Position numbers and translations under genes: made by a program. Positions 6,323 to 15,055 of a DNA stretch of 64,000 nucleotides are shown piece by piece. The DNA is from an uncultured bacterium (GTDB lineage Bacteria > Abyssobacteria > SURF-5). Location of the stretch: NCBI GenBank assembly GCA_964453435.1, contig CAYVQZ010000022.1:4782-68781 (forward strand). Direction: 5' to 3'. The first letter of the stretch is position 1; each line of letters starts with the position of its first letter. The notes beneath the pieces were generated by a model, which was not told the origin of the DNA, made no database searches, and saw nothing but the letters and a program-made list of their open reading frames with translations.

Positions 6323-8731
6323 TTAGCGGCGCCCGCCGAATCTGGAAGAAACACGGTCCTTCAGTCCTGCCGAACTCCCGCGCCCACTGTTCACGGGTTT
6401 CTGATTTCCGACAGAGCCGCTTCTTTCGGGAGCGCGGTCAATATTCTGCCTGGTCGCGGGAGCGGAGGGACGCTGTATTCGGGCTCTTTGTTCCGGGCTG
6501 CGTTCGATTTTTTGATACGCAGAAGCGGAAGTTCTGCTTCGACTCATTGTGGGACGATTGTTCGTCGAAGCGTCAATTCTTGGCGACCTCTCCAATTTTC
6601 GCTGATACCCTGGGTTGGGGGCAGTGACAGGCTCGCTTCGCGTATCGGTGTTTCGCCTGACCCGTGGAATTTCCCGCTTCATCTGCGTGTCTCTCATCGG
6701 CTCGCGCACGGCGTTCTCGCGGGTCGGAGCCCGCATCGGGGAATTGGAAACCTTTGTCTGCCGGTCAACGGTTCGCCGTTGCTCATGGGTTATGTTCCGA
6801 TTCAATTCGGGAATCTTCCGTCTGTCAAGTTCGTATCCGTAATACCGGCTGTCGCGTTCCGGAGCAGGATTCGAAATGGTTTTTGGAGTAGCCCGGAACC
6901 GTTCCGTATTCCGAGGTATGGCTTCCTCCGTCGCCCTGTCCCGGCCCTGAACCTGCCTGTCTGCAACCTGCCGCGCCTTTTCAACGCGCCCCTTTTCCGT
7001 CAAATTCTGCCGCGGCTGCTTCGCCGTCACATTTTCTTTCCGGGAAACCTCGGGGATGGCCGGAATCTGTCTGGCGCGGTCCGTGAGGTCATATGACCTT
7101 CCGCTCCACCGCACTTTCGAAGGCGCGGCCTTTTTGTCAACCTTTTGCGCATGCGGTCGGATTACTCTCTCGCGGAAGTCAAGCGCCTTCACTTTGTCCC
7201 GTTCCAGTTTTTTCGGCAAGGCGTCCCCTGCAGCAGGTGAGCGAAGATTCTCGGAATAACCACGAGCGTTCTCCAGCTTTGCAACGCGCCTCTGCAATTG
7301 CGGATGTTTGTCAACGGCAAGTATTCTTTGGAAATCCGCTCGGTCGCGAATGGTCTTGCCTTTGTGGAGTGTCTTCTTCAACGTCTCATCTCTCAGGTCC
7401 TCCACAAACCGAAACTCCCCTTTATTTTTCTCGATGAATCCTCTGTCGATATGACGGCCCCTATCCACGGGAAACGTCTTGATATCTCTACGATTCTTGT
7501 AGTCGTCGCGGGCATTTCGTCCGTCCCGATCGCCTTTATGGTGCTCGTCGTCGTGGTGTTTATCACGGTCATGATGCCCATGGTGGCCGTGATCGTGGTC
7601 ATCATAATAATGATGATGGTGGTGATGATGATGGCGATGGAAATCGTCGTAGAAGACGAAGGAGAACGAGAACCAGTCGATGTAGCTGACTACATGGAGC
7701 GACGAGACGTAATAGGGATAGGTTGTTATTACGGGATATCCATAATACCCTCGGGGAACCCAGCCGATGTAGTCATCATAAACGACCCAGTGGACGTACG
7801 AAGGCCGCCATACATATCCGGGTATCCAGACCCAGCCATAGAGCGGGTCGTAATTCCATGAGCCGTAGTGATAGGTCGCATAGCCCCATGGTTCTTCCGG
7901 TATCCAGACCCACCCATAGTGGTCGCTGTAAAACCAACGCCCGTGATAGTAGGGGCGCCATTCTTCGGCGACGTACGGCTGCCACGCGTACGAACCATAT
8001 CTGTCGGAGTGAACCCACTCGCCGTAACCCTCCAAGTTTTCCGCGCCCACGATATCTTGTTCAATATAGGGGGGACGCTGGTATGCGGATAAAGCTATGT
8101 CGCGCTGCTCGCTCCAATCGTCAAATCCGTCCCGACTCGCAAACTCTATTGTCGAGAACTCCGTGACGCCCTGAGGATTGACCATGACTCGCTCGCCGGT
8201 CCCGATATGCGAGCGTTGCGACGGCGTTTCCAGCTCGACTTGCCCTCGAAGAACCCTCACCTCCGCTCCTCCGTCATCAAAAACATTGACGCGAGCAAGC
8301 GCAGTTTTCGTTGCCGTCACCTGGCCGCTGGGAAAGGTCAGAACGACCGGTTCCCCTCGCTCCTGCGAAACCCTGAGGTACGCCCGGCCAGAGTCGATTC
8401 CAACAACTTTTCTCCCTTTGGTTTCTATGAGAGCGATTCTCGAGCCCTCTCCGATTCGAAACGTGAGCCCGGGTTCGAACTGTATCTCCGCTCTGCCCGT
8501 TTCATTCGTCTGCAGTAAATCGCCTTCTTCCAGAATCAGGTCAGGCTCGGCATAACTCCAATCGATATCGTCTTTCCCGAGGATGAAGGTGTCGGCCACC
8601 GTCTCACTCAATCGGGCTGCAGGCGGAGAAATGTACGCCACGCCGTTGCCCGGCCAAACAAACAACAAAGCGACGGCAAGCAGGACAAGCCGCCCCGTTG
8701 TCCCTCGGATTGTCCATCTGCCAGCATTCAT
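6323..8731 (-). CDS. Secreted or membrane-anchored FecR-domain protein with Trp/Tyr-rich repeats, a His-rich tract and a long basic low-complexity tail
   Basis: 802 aa. The N-terminal hydrophobic segment is RLVLLAVALLFVWPGNGVA. A FecR-like beta segment follows (GRAEIQFEPGLTFRIGEGSRIAL...RVLRGQVEL). YGWVWIP occurs twice within a W/Y-rich block, then HRHHHHHHHH..., then about 390 aa rich in R/K/E/P/S. GGGAGG Shine-Dalgarno. Confidence 0.7.
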   Translation of the reverse strand: MNAGRWTIRGTTGRLVLLAVALLFVWPGNGVAYISPPAARLSETVADTFILGKDDIDWSYAEPDLILEEGDLLQTNETGRAEIQFEPGLTFRIGEGSRIALIETKGRKVVGIDSGRAYLRVSQERGEPVVLTFPSGQVTATKTALARVNVFDDGGAEVRVLRGQVELETPSQRSHIGTGERVMVNPQGVTEFSTIEFASRDGFDDWSEQRDIALSAYQRPPYIEQDIVGAENLEGYGEWVHSDRYGSYAWQPYVAEEWRPYYHGRWFYSDHYGWVWIPEEPWGYATYHYGSWNYDPLYGWVWIPGYVWRPSYVHWVVYDDYIGWVPRGYYGYPVITTYPYYVSSLHVVSYIDWFSFSFVFYDDFHRHHHHHHHHYYDDHDHGHHGHHDRDKHHDDEHHKGDRDGRNARDDYKNRRDIKTFPVDRGRHIDRGFIEKNKGEFRFVEDLRDETLKKTLHKGKTIRDRADFQRILAVDKHPQLQRRVAKLENARGYSENLRSPAAGDALPKKLERDKVKALDFRERVIRPHAQKVDKKAAPSKVRWSGRSYDLTDRARQIPAIPEVSRKENVTAKQPRQNLTEKGRVEKARQVADRQVQGRDRATEEAIPRNTERFRATPKTISNPAPERDSRYYGYELDRRKIPELNRNITHEQRRTVDRQTKVSNSPMRAPTRENAVREPMRDTQMKREIPRVRRNTDTRSEPVTAPNPGYQRKLERSPRIDASTNNRPTMSRSRTSASAYQKIERSPEQRARIQRPSAPATRQNIDRAPERSGSVGNQKPVNSGRGSSAGLKDRVSSRFGGRR
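7538..7639 (-). other. His/Asp-rich tract inside the FecR-like CDS
   Basis: Codons read H R H H H H H H H H Y Y D D H D H G H H G H H D R D K H H D D E H H. On the plus strand this appears as atgatgatggtggtgatgatgatggcgatgg. Confidence 0.9.
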
Positions 8732-9010
8732 GGTTCTTCCCTCCCGACTATATCGGCAATGAAGCCTCTCAAAATATTGTCATCGCTTCATTCTCCATGT
8801 TAGTCGATTCAACCGCCGAAAATATTCACTTCCGGCCCTTCTCGCGAACCACCGCGCTCGTATCGGCTTACGCGATCGTCCAGCAATTCGGATTGGGGGA
8901 CTGCCCCCGAAGCGCGAATTGCCGAATCGCGGGGCGTATTCATTGCCCCCGCCCGCATTTACACCTTTCATAATTTATCAAATTTCCGCCGCTATTTCCA
9001 TTCGACTCCC

Positions 9011-9040
9011 TTCATAAATGCAATGATTGCAATATGATGT
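9011..9040 (+). repeat. Copy B of the 30-bp conserved intergenic element (TTCATA-N16-TATGAT)
   Basis: ttcataaatgcaatgattgcaatatgatgt matches copy C at 26 of 30 positions (hand alignment). Confidence 0.75.
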
Positions 9041-9388
9041 GCGCTCAAGGAGCCGGTGAGGGCGCCTGACGAGCCGAAAGCTTCCTGTCTCCTTCCTTTA
9101 AGTTTAGCATCGAAAGGTTCGATCAGGAAACCCCCTGCAAGCCCGTTCTTCCCTTTCATTATCGAGAAAGCGCAGCAACATTTTCAGCCGGTTTTTGGCT
9201 CTCATTTTTTAGACACATCCCGGGCCGCAGAAGTTAAATCGGCTCTCCTTTTTCTCCCCGCCGCCAACATAAATTCAAACTTTTGCGAAAGCTGTCTTTT
9301 GGAGTTTTCTGGGGGTAACCTCTCGATGGACCCTGCTCGTTTCAACTGCGTCAAGCGGCCCCGCAAGGCATTTCATCCCCGAACCCTG

Positions 9389-9417
9389 TTGAATCGGCCC
9401 TTGTTTTCTGTTAGAAT
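9389..9417 (+). promoter_or_regulatory. Candidate sigma-70 promoter for the RmlC-like gene
   Basis: TTGAAT, a 17-nt spacer, then TAGAAT, 54 nt upstream of ATG 9471. Confidence 0.4.
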
Positions 9418-9470
9418 GCCTCGGCTCGAATAATTGCACGGGCGCAGGCCCTTCAGGGAGGTAGCGAAAA

Positions 9471-9920
9471 ATGATAAACGGCGTGAAGAAGGTTTCGCTT
9501 ATTCGTCACGTGGATGACCGCGGCTACGTCACCGAGATTCTCCGTTCGGATTCACCGCATTTCCAGAAGTTCGGCCAGGTTTACGTCGCCACGTGCCGCC
9601 ACAACGTAATCAAAGCCTGGCACTGCCACCGAAAGCAGACGGATAATTTTTTCGTGGTCAAGGGAACCGCAAAGATAGGTTTATATGACGACAGACCTGA
9701 CAGTCCGACGCGCGGCGAGTACAACGTGCTCATTCTCGGCGAAGACGGTGAGAACATGCTCCTGAGTATCCCGCCCATGGTATGGCACGGCCAGATGGGC
9801 CTGAGCGAGATGAGTTACCTGCTCAATATTCCCACCGAAGCGTACGACCCCAAAAATCCTGATGAGCTCAGAAAACGGGTCGATGAACTGGAAGACATCT
9901 GGACAATCAGAAACCGGTAG
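9471..9920 (+). CDS. RmlC-like cupin (short dTDP-4-dehydrorhamnose 3,5-epimerase-related sugar epimerase/isomerase)
   Basis: 149 aa containing DDRGYVTEI, KAWHCHRKQTDNFFVVKGTAKIGLYDDRPDSPTRGE and IPPMVWHG. GGGAGG Shine-Dalgarno. Confidence 0.7.
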   Translation: MINGVKKVSLIRHVDDRGYVTEILRSDSPHFQKFGQVYVATCRHNVIKAWHCHRKQTDNFFVVKGTAKIGLYDDRPDSPTRGEYNVLILGEDGENMLLSIPPMVWHGQMGLSEMSYLLNIPTEAYDPKNPDELRKRVDELEDIWTIRNR

Positions 9921-10016
9921 GAGCGGTTCGTTCCGTCTCCGCTTTCCGTAACTCTCCCGACATTCCTGCACGCCCGTGCCCGTTCCCCCGCGAGGTCAGG
10001 CGCACACAAAGCTTTT

Positions 10017-11543
10017 TCAGGGCGCGTACTCGATTACGTATATTCCCTGCGCCGGAACCGCCACATTCCTGAATCGCCCGTATTTATCGGAGGGGATATC
10101 GTGCTCTTTCAACCATTCGGAGAAACTTCTTTTTGTGACGACAAACCTGATTCCGAGCATGTTCAGATTTTCGAGCGTTTCTTCCGGCTGGAATGCCCTG
10201 CGCCAGTAATTTCCATGCTGCGTGTCAAGGTAGGTATGCGACTCGATATGGTACGCGAGGTGGGGTCCGAGGTCGGTGAGCACAGGCGAACGGGCGGGCC
10301 GATTCAGGGAGTTGACGACGGAGGCGACATGGTGGAACGGAATCCATCCGGTGTCTTTTTGCAGTTCCGCAATGTGGCGGGAACTGAAAAATTGGCCGAG
10401 GTATATTCCGCTTATCGCAATCAGGACTTGGATTGCCGCCATCAGCCACAATCTTTTTTGCTTGCTTATTGGAATGATTTCGAGAGCGGCGCCCACTGCG
10501 GCGGCCCATATGATTGCAGCCAGCGGTACGGCCATCAGCATGAATCGTTCATATCGGTAATACCAGAAGGAATGCAGGAACGCATATGCGAGAAATAGCA
10601 GACTGACCGCCCGTATCTTTGCTCCCAGTTTGCCGAAAAGCGAGAATAGTAACCCTCCCAGAAAAATCAATTGTCCCACTGACAACCACGCCACTCCGGC
10701 AACAATCGTAGCCGCTTCCTGCGCCGCCGCCTCCACCGACCTGATGGGCCAATGCATGAACCCGAACGGAACCCATACGTTGTAAGCGAAATTCGCGAAC
10801 ACGTCGGTTCGCAAGACCGTGCTTCGAAACTCCTCAAAGTATGCCGGAGACTCGCCCGCGTTCGCGCGAAGCCATATCCAATACAGGAGAGGCGGAAGCG
10901 CTGCAAGGACCGCCCCCGCCAGAAGAGGGAGCGCCTTCGCATGGGCGCGGTTCGTGAAAATAAGGAGAAAGAATATCGGAAACAGGAAGGCCGACTCAAC
11001 CCGCGTGACGATAGCGAAGCCCGCTGCGGCGCCGGCAAGGAAAAGGCTTGCATATCTCCCTGTCAGCACATACCTCATGAAGCAGACGAGTGATATGAGT
11101 GAAAGCGCCAGCGCGGCGCTTTCGGCCATGGGGAGAGAGAACCATTTGATGACGACGGGACTCGCCAGAAAAGCCGCGCACCCGAGGTAAGTTCCGGATT
11201 GAAGGTCGCATTCTCGCGCGACGGCGAACAAAGAAAGAGCGCAGACGACATACAGGGCGACGTTCATGAAGACAAACGGCTTGCCCAACAAGTAACAGAC
11301 GGAAAGGATATACGAATAGCCGGGAAGATACTTGGAATCTATCCCGTCGTTCCACGAAGTTGTCGGTCCGTCGCCGTTTGCTATCTGTTTTGCTTTGGAG
11401 AGATAGAAATAACTGTCTATCGTATAGGTGGCTGTCTGCCCGGCCTGCTCGATGATGACCATCGCCCCGACAAGACAGGTGAGAATCGTAACAAGTGCCA
11501 AGGCGGAACGTTGAAGCCGGAAAGGGTCAGCCTGCTCTGTCAA
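10017..11543 (-). CDS. Polytopic membrane glycosyltransferase, GT-C fold (ArnT/PMT-like)
   Basis: 508 aa with more than 10 hydrophobic helices and an early loop DSYFYLSKAKQIANGDG. The soluble C-terminal part is about 100 aa. Position 11543 is a TTG, so the start is uncertain. Confidence 0.6.
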   Translation of the reverse strand: MTEQADPFRLQRSALALVTILTCLVGAMVIIEQAGQTATYTIDSYFYLSKAKQIANGDGPTTSWNDGIDSKYLPGYSYILSVCYLLGKPFVFMNVALYVVCALSLFAVARECDLQSGTYLGCAAFLASPVVIKWFSLPMAESAALALSLISLVCFMRYVLTGRYASLFLAGAAAGFAIVTRVESAFLFPIFFLLIFTNRAHAKALPLLAGAVLAALPPLLYWIWLRANAGESPAYFEEFRSTVLRTDVFANFAYNVWVPFGFMHWPIRSVEAAAQEAATIVAGVAWLSVGQLIFLGGLLFSLFGKLGAKIRAVSLLFLAYAFLHSFWYYRYERFMLMAVPLAAIIWAAAVGAALEIIPISKQKRLWLMAAIQVLIAISGIYLGQFFSSRHIAELQKDTGWIPFHHVASVVNSLNRPARSPVLTDLGPHLAYHIESHTYLDTQHGNYWRRAFQPEETLENLNMLGIRFVVTKRSFSEWLKEHDIPSDKYGRFRNVAVPAQGIYVIEYAP

Positions 11544-11596
11544 TGAACTCCCTCTCTGAGTTAACGGGAGAAGAGAATCCGCCGCGGCTTCTCACG

Positions 11597-13372
11597 TCAT
11601 TCCCGGAGTTTTTCCAATGTTGTTTCAAGGTCTCTTTTGGCCTTCGGTATCCAACGGCTTCGGGGATATTCATCTATGAGTTTCTGGTAGCGGCCGGCAG
11701 CGAGGGCGTACCTGCCCTCCTCGAAGTAGGATTGTCCGAAGTTGTGCAGGCTGTCCGCAACGCTTTTGCTCGACTGGTTTTCCTGAAGCAGTGATTCAGC
11801 CTCCCGCAGGCGCGCGCTGCTCGGATATTGTGTCATAAAGTCCCGAATGAGTGAGATCGCCTCCTCGTATGTGGTCTGGTCGAGCCGGGCCAGCAAGCGG
11901 CGGTAAGCACGCTCGGATGGGTCTTTGGCAAGCAATTCCGCTTCTTCAAGCTTTGAACGCACGGCGCTTGCTGTCGGTGTTTGCGGGTATTGGTCCATGA
12001 TTTGACGATACAACGCGGCCGCATTATCATACTGTTCTGATTCCATTTGTTCTTCGGCCTGGCGCGCGAGCTGGGATGCTTTTTCCTCTGATTTTCTCAA
12101 TTCCTGATTTGTGATCCCTTTTTCGATCTTTGCAGCTTCTGCCCGAGCTTGAACCGCCGCTCCCGTATCCGGATAGCTTTCCATGACACTCCTCAAGAGG
12201 TCGAGCGCCGTGGCGTGGTCCCCTTCCGCGTACATGTTCAATGCATGGTCCAGCCGTTGTCGCGCGAGTTGTTCATTCTGCAGCTTGAGTTCCTCCCGCT
12301 GGGCTTCCAGTGTCTCACGCGCCTGTTCGAGAGTCGGTAGACGCTCCTGGATAAGTTTCGCTGTTTCCGTTTCCGGGTATAGTCCAAGGATTGTGCGGGA
12401 AACGCTTACGGCCTGGTCCAGTTGCCCTTCCGCCAAGGCCCTCTCCACATCCCGAAGCAATTGTTTCGCGTTGGCCTCGCGCTCCGCACGCATCTCCTCC
12501 GTCATCTCGAATTGGGCGGGTGTCCCGCCCGGGGAACTGATGGCCCCCTGCCTCCGGGTGGCCGAAATTTGTTCCAAACCATCCATCCGGCCCGGCCGTT
12601 TTGCCGAATCCAGTCTCGAGGTGAAGACCAGCATCGCGGCGAGAGAGAAAAGCAGAACCATCGCTCCCGAAACCGAGCCTGCCAGAGCGAAGGGGTGTCC
12701 TTTCGCCGAATCTTTGTTCAATCGAATTCTGGAGATCGCAATTCTGCCGAGCATCGCGGCGACCAGTCCGACGAGGGCTGCCCCCAGCGCCGCCGTGATG
12801 TTGAATTTCGGAAAAATTATGAAAAACGCGGAGAGCAACGCGACAATTCCGAATACAAGGCTTGCAAGCGCCATTCTGCCCGGAAAGGATGGTTGCGCCG
12901 CGCCGGGAATGATTCGGGCGACAGGACCCGCCCCGACAGCGGTCCCCGGCTCGGCTCCCACCTGTTTCTCCGCCCTGCACCTGCGGCAGTACATCTTTGC
13001 TTCGAGTCGCTCGCCGCACTCTTCACAAATGAATTTGCCGCATCCCACGCAGATGTGGCTCGACGTTCGTTCCGGATGGAATGCACAAGAGGGCATTTCT
13101 ATCTCGTTTCCGCTCTCGGGCAGGACAATCGATTCGGGTGAAGGATGGATTTCGCGCTTTTTCCCCTGTTTTTCAAACAGGTCGAACAATTCGAGCGCTT
13201 CGGAAGCGCGAACCCAATCGCCCATCTCGTCGTTCGTCACGAGGTCGTCCGGGTCTATCTGTTCCGATGCCACCCAGTGCCGGAGCACCTCGAGAGTGGC
13301 AGGCTCGAGTTTGCTGCCATCACTCTTCTTCACCTTCCAGTTCCGCGTATCGCGAAGTTCATCTCCGCTCAT
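11597..13372 (-). CDS. Membrane protein with GYF_2-like domain, B-box zinc finger, two TM helices and C-terminal TPR/YbgF-like repeats
   Basis: From ORF 11597..13393 (TTG), trimmed to ATG 13372 with a GAGGA SD. Contains WKVKKSDGSKLEPATLEVLRHWVASEQI...GDWVRA and CAFHPERTSSHICVGCGKFICEECGERLEAKMYCRRC. These are followed by a hydrophobic pair and repeated YxxA...YP TPR-like units. Confidence 0.7.
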   Translation of the reverse strand: MSGDELRDTRNWKVKKSDGSKLEPATLEVLRHWVASEQIDPDDLVTNDEMGDWVRASEALELFDLFEKQGKKREIHPSPESIVLPESGNEIEMPSCAFHPERTSSHICVGCGKFICEECGERLEAKMYCRRCRAEKQVGAEPGTAVGAGPVARIIPGAAQPSFPGRMALASLVFGIVALLSAFFIIFPKFNITAALGAALVGLVAAMLGRIAISRIRLNKDSAKGHPFALAGSVSGAMVLLFSLAAMLVFTSRLDSAKRPGRMDGLEQISATRRQGAISSPGGTPAQFEMTEEMRAEREANAKQLLRDVERALAEGQLDQAVSVSRTILGLYPETETAKLIQERLPTLEQARETLEAQREELKLQNEQLARQRLDHALNMYAEGDHATALDLLRSVMESYPDTGAAVQARAEAAKIEKGITNQELRKSEEKASQLARQAEEQMESEQYDNAAALYRQIMDQYPQTPTASAVRSKLEEAELLAKDPSERAYRRLLARLDQTTYEEAISLIRDFMTQYPSSARLREAESLLQENQSSKSVADSLHNFGQSYFEEGRYALAAGRYQKLIDEYPRSRWIPKAKRDLETTLEKLRE

Positions 13373-13505
13373 TTTTTCCTCGCGACCCTTCAAGACAGCG
13401 AAGCTGTCCGACAGTAGTTTGCAAGGCCGAAATGGCCGCCACCGGGAACGGTGTCCCTAACCGCCAAATTCATGAGTTTTTGCTCGCCATTTTCATGGCG
13501 CCTCG

Positions 13506-13535
13506 TTCATAATTTCAATGATGGCAATATGATGC
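13506..13535 (+). repeat. Copy C of the 30-bp conserved intergenic element (TTCATA-N16-TATGAT)
   Basis: Sequence ttcataatttcaatgatggcaatatgatgc. It lies inside the predicted 5' leader of the minus-strand GYF/B-box/TPR gene, in antisense orientation. Confidence 0.75.
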
Positions 13536-13554
13536 CGCACTCCTTCTCAACTCA

Positions 13555-13584
13555 ATTATAAACAAGGACTTCTGTCATGGTCAA
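13555..13584 (-). promoter_or_regulatory. Candidate sigma-70 promoter for the GYF/B-box/TPR gene
   Basis: Minus strand reads TTGACC (13584-13579), an 18-nt spacer, then TATAAT (13560-13555). The resulting leader is about 180 nt. Confidence 0.45.
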
Positions 13585-13623
13585 GCAGGGAGGCCCGATT
13601 CATGCGGCGTGGTTTCTCCGGTA

Positions 13624-15054
13624 TCACCGGGGAACCCTCGAATACCTGAGGGCGCTCCTGATTCCCCTGCACAGACGAGCAATATCATGCGGCGATTTCA
13701 ACCGGCTGGCGCGTCGCACGATATACGCCGGGCGAAAATAGAATCTGCGATAAGCTTGACCGATAAGTTGGCTTAATTTCTCGGGACTGAGTTGCCTTGT
13801 CCCAACGACAGGAGCACGACTCGTATATAAGGACCATTCGTTATGGATTAACCCCTCGTGTTTGAGCTGCTCATAGTAGGGCGTATTCGGGTAGGGGGTG
13901 GCCGCTGTGAACTGCGCCACGTCGGGTTCAAGGTTGACAGCCAATTCCACGGTCGCGCGAACGGTCGCTTCCGTTTCGCCGGGAAGCCCAATGATAAAAA
14001 ACGCCATCGTCTCGATGCCGAGTTGTCTGCAGCGCAGAAAGATGTTGCGGATTCGTTCACGAGGGATGGGCGTTCGTCTTACGTCTTTCAGAATTTCGGG
14101 GTCCGCCGATTCGACTCCGAAATTGATTGCCTTGCAACCGGCCCGGGCGAAGCTTTCGACCAATTCCTCGTTTGCCAGGTCGGCGCGTGTCTCACAGCGC
14201 CAGTCAACCTTGATTCCTCTCGAAGCGATCAGTTCGCATATCTGTCTTGCCCTGGGCTGATCGGCTGTGAACAGCGGGTCTCGAAAGAGAATCTCGCGCA
14301 CTCCGTATCGCTGCACACACTCCTCGATCTCGGCCACAACGTTTTCGGCGCTGCGCCCTCTCCACTTTGTTCCATGCCCGATGCGATAGGGACAATAGGT
14401 GCAGCCGTAATAGCAGCCGCGACTCGTCAGCATGGTGGTAAAAGGGGTCTTGCCCCAGACCGCCGAACGGTATTGGGCCATCGGCAGCAACTCACGCGCG
14501 GGGAACGGCAGATCGTCCAGGTTTTCAATGAGCGCGCGGTCCGGAAAGTGGAGAATCCCCGGTTCGGAACGCAGGCTTAATCCGGGAATACCGGTTGGAG
14601 GTTTTTCCCGTGCGAGCGCTTCGGATAATTCGGCGACAGTGAGTTCGGGCTCTCCCCGAACAACCGCATCGGCTCGCGAGTCCCGAATCGCCTGGTCGGC
14701 AAAAATCGACACATGAGGTCCAAGAAGGACAACGAAAGAGCGGGGACACGCTTCTTTGATGGCGTTTGCAATCGCCAAGTCGTCATGAATCGAAGGTGTG
14801 GCCGTGTTGACGGCAATAAGCCCGAAGCCTCCTTGCTTGACCCATGAGAGGGCTTTCGCCGGTTTCCAGCGAAGCGCGACGGCGTCCAGAATCTTGACTT
14901 CGAGACCGGCCCTCGCGATGACGGCGGCGCAATATGCCAGCGTGAGAGGGGGTGTCATGTTCGTACTTTTGATCTCGAATCCGAACCCGCCCATGTGGTC
15001 GCGGCTGATTACCACATCGCGGTCGGGCTGAGGGTTGAGCAGAAGGGTTTTCAT
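13624..15054 (-). CDS. B12-binding-domain radical SAM enzyme (class B)
   Basis: 476 aa. The N-terminal Rossmann-like cobalamin domain includes VVRGEPELTVAEL. The radical SAM cluster motif is SRGCYYGCTYCPY (CxxxCxxC). Confidence 0.85.
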   Translation of the reverse strand: MKTLLLNPQPDRDVVISRDHMGGFGFEIKSTNMTPPLTLAYCAAVIARAGLEVKILDAVALRWKPAKALSWVKQGGFGLIAVNTATPSIHDDLAIANAIKEACPRSFVVLLGPHVSIFADQAIRDSRADAVVRGEPELTVAELSEALAREKPPTGIPGLSLRSEPGILHFPDRALIENLDDLPFPARELLPMAQYRSAVWGKTPFTTMLTSRGCYYGCTYCPYRIGHGTKWRGRSAENVVAEIEECVQRYGVREILFRDPLFTADQPRARQICELIASRGIKVDWRCETRADLANEELVESFARAGCKAINFGVESADPEILKDVRRTPIPRERIRNIFLRCRQLGIETMAFFIIGLPGETEATVRATVELAVNLEPDVAQFTAATPYPNTPYYEQLKHEGLIHNEWSLYTSRAPVVGTRQLSPEKLSQLIGQAYRRFYFRPAYIVRRASRLKSPHDIARLCRGIRSALRYSRVPR

Positions 15055-15055
15055 G

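Noticed and set aside
7538-7639. Repetitive atgatg/gtggtg DNA, which could be mistaken for a micro-satellite or array.
   Set aside because: It is in frame within the 802-aa CDS and encodes the His-rich tract with mixed CAT/CAC codons. It is not a non-coding tandem repeat or CRISPR-like array.
9056-9433. 125-aa plus-strand ORF (GTG start just after an aaggag and just downstream of 30-bp element copy B).
   Set aside because: The translation has no recognisable fold or motifs. The SD-start spacing is too short. The ORF also runs through the predicted promoter of the RmlC-like gene. Treated as non-coding pending transcript or ribosome-profiling evidence.
13586-13635. 15-codon mini-ORF (ATG near 13600, GGGAGG 8 nt upstream) downstream of element copy C and antisense to the radical SAM gene's 3' end.
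   Set aside because: It is too short and unsupported. It overlaps a well-supported CDS on the other strand and is likely a chance occurrence.
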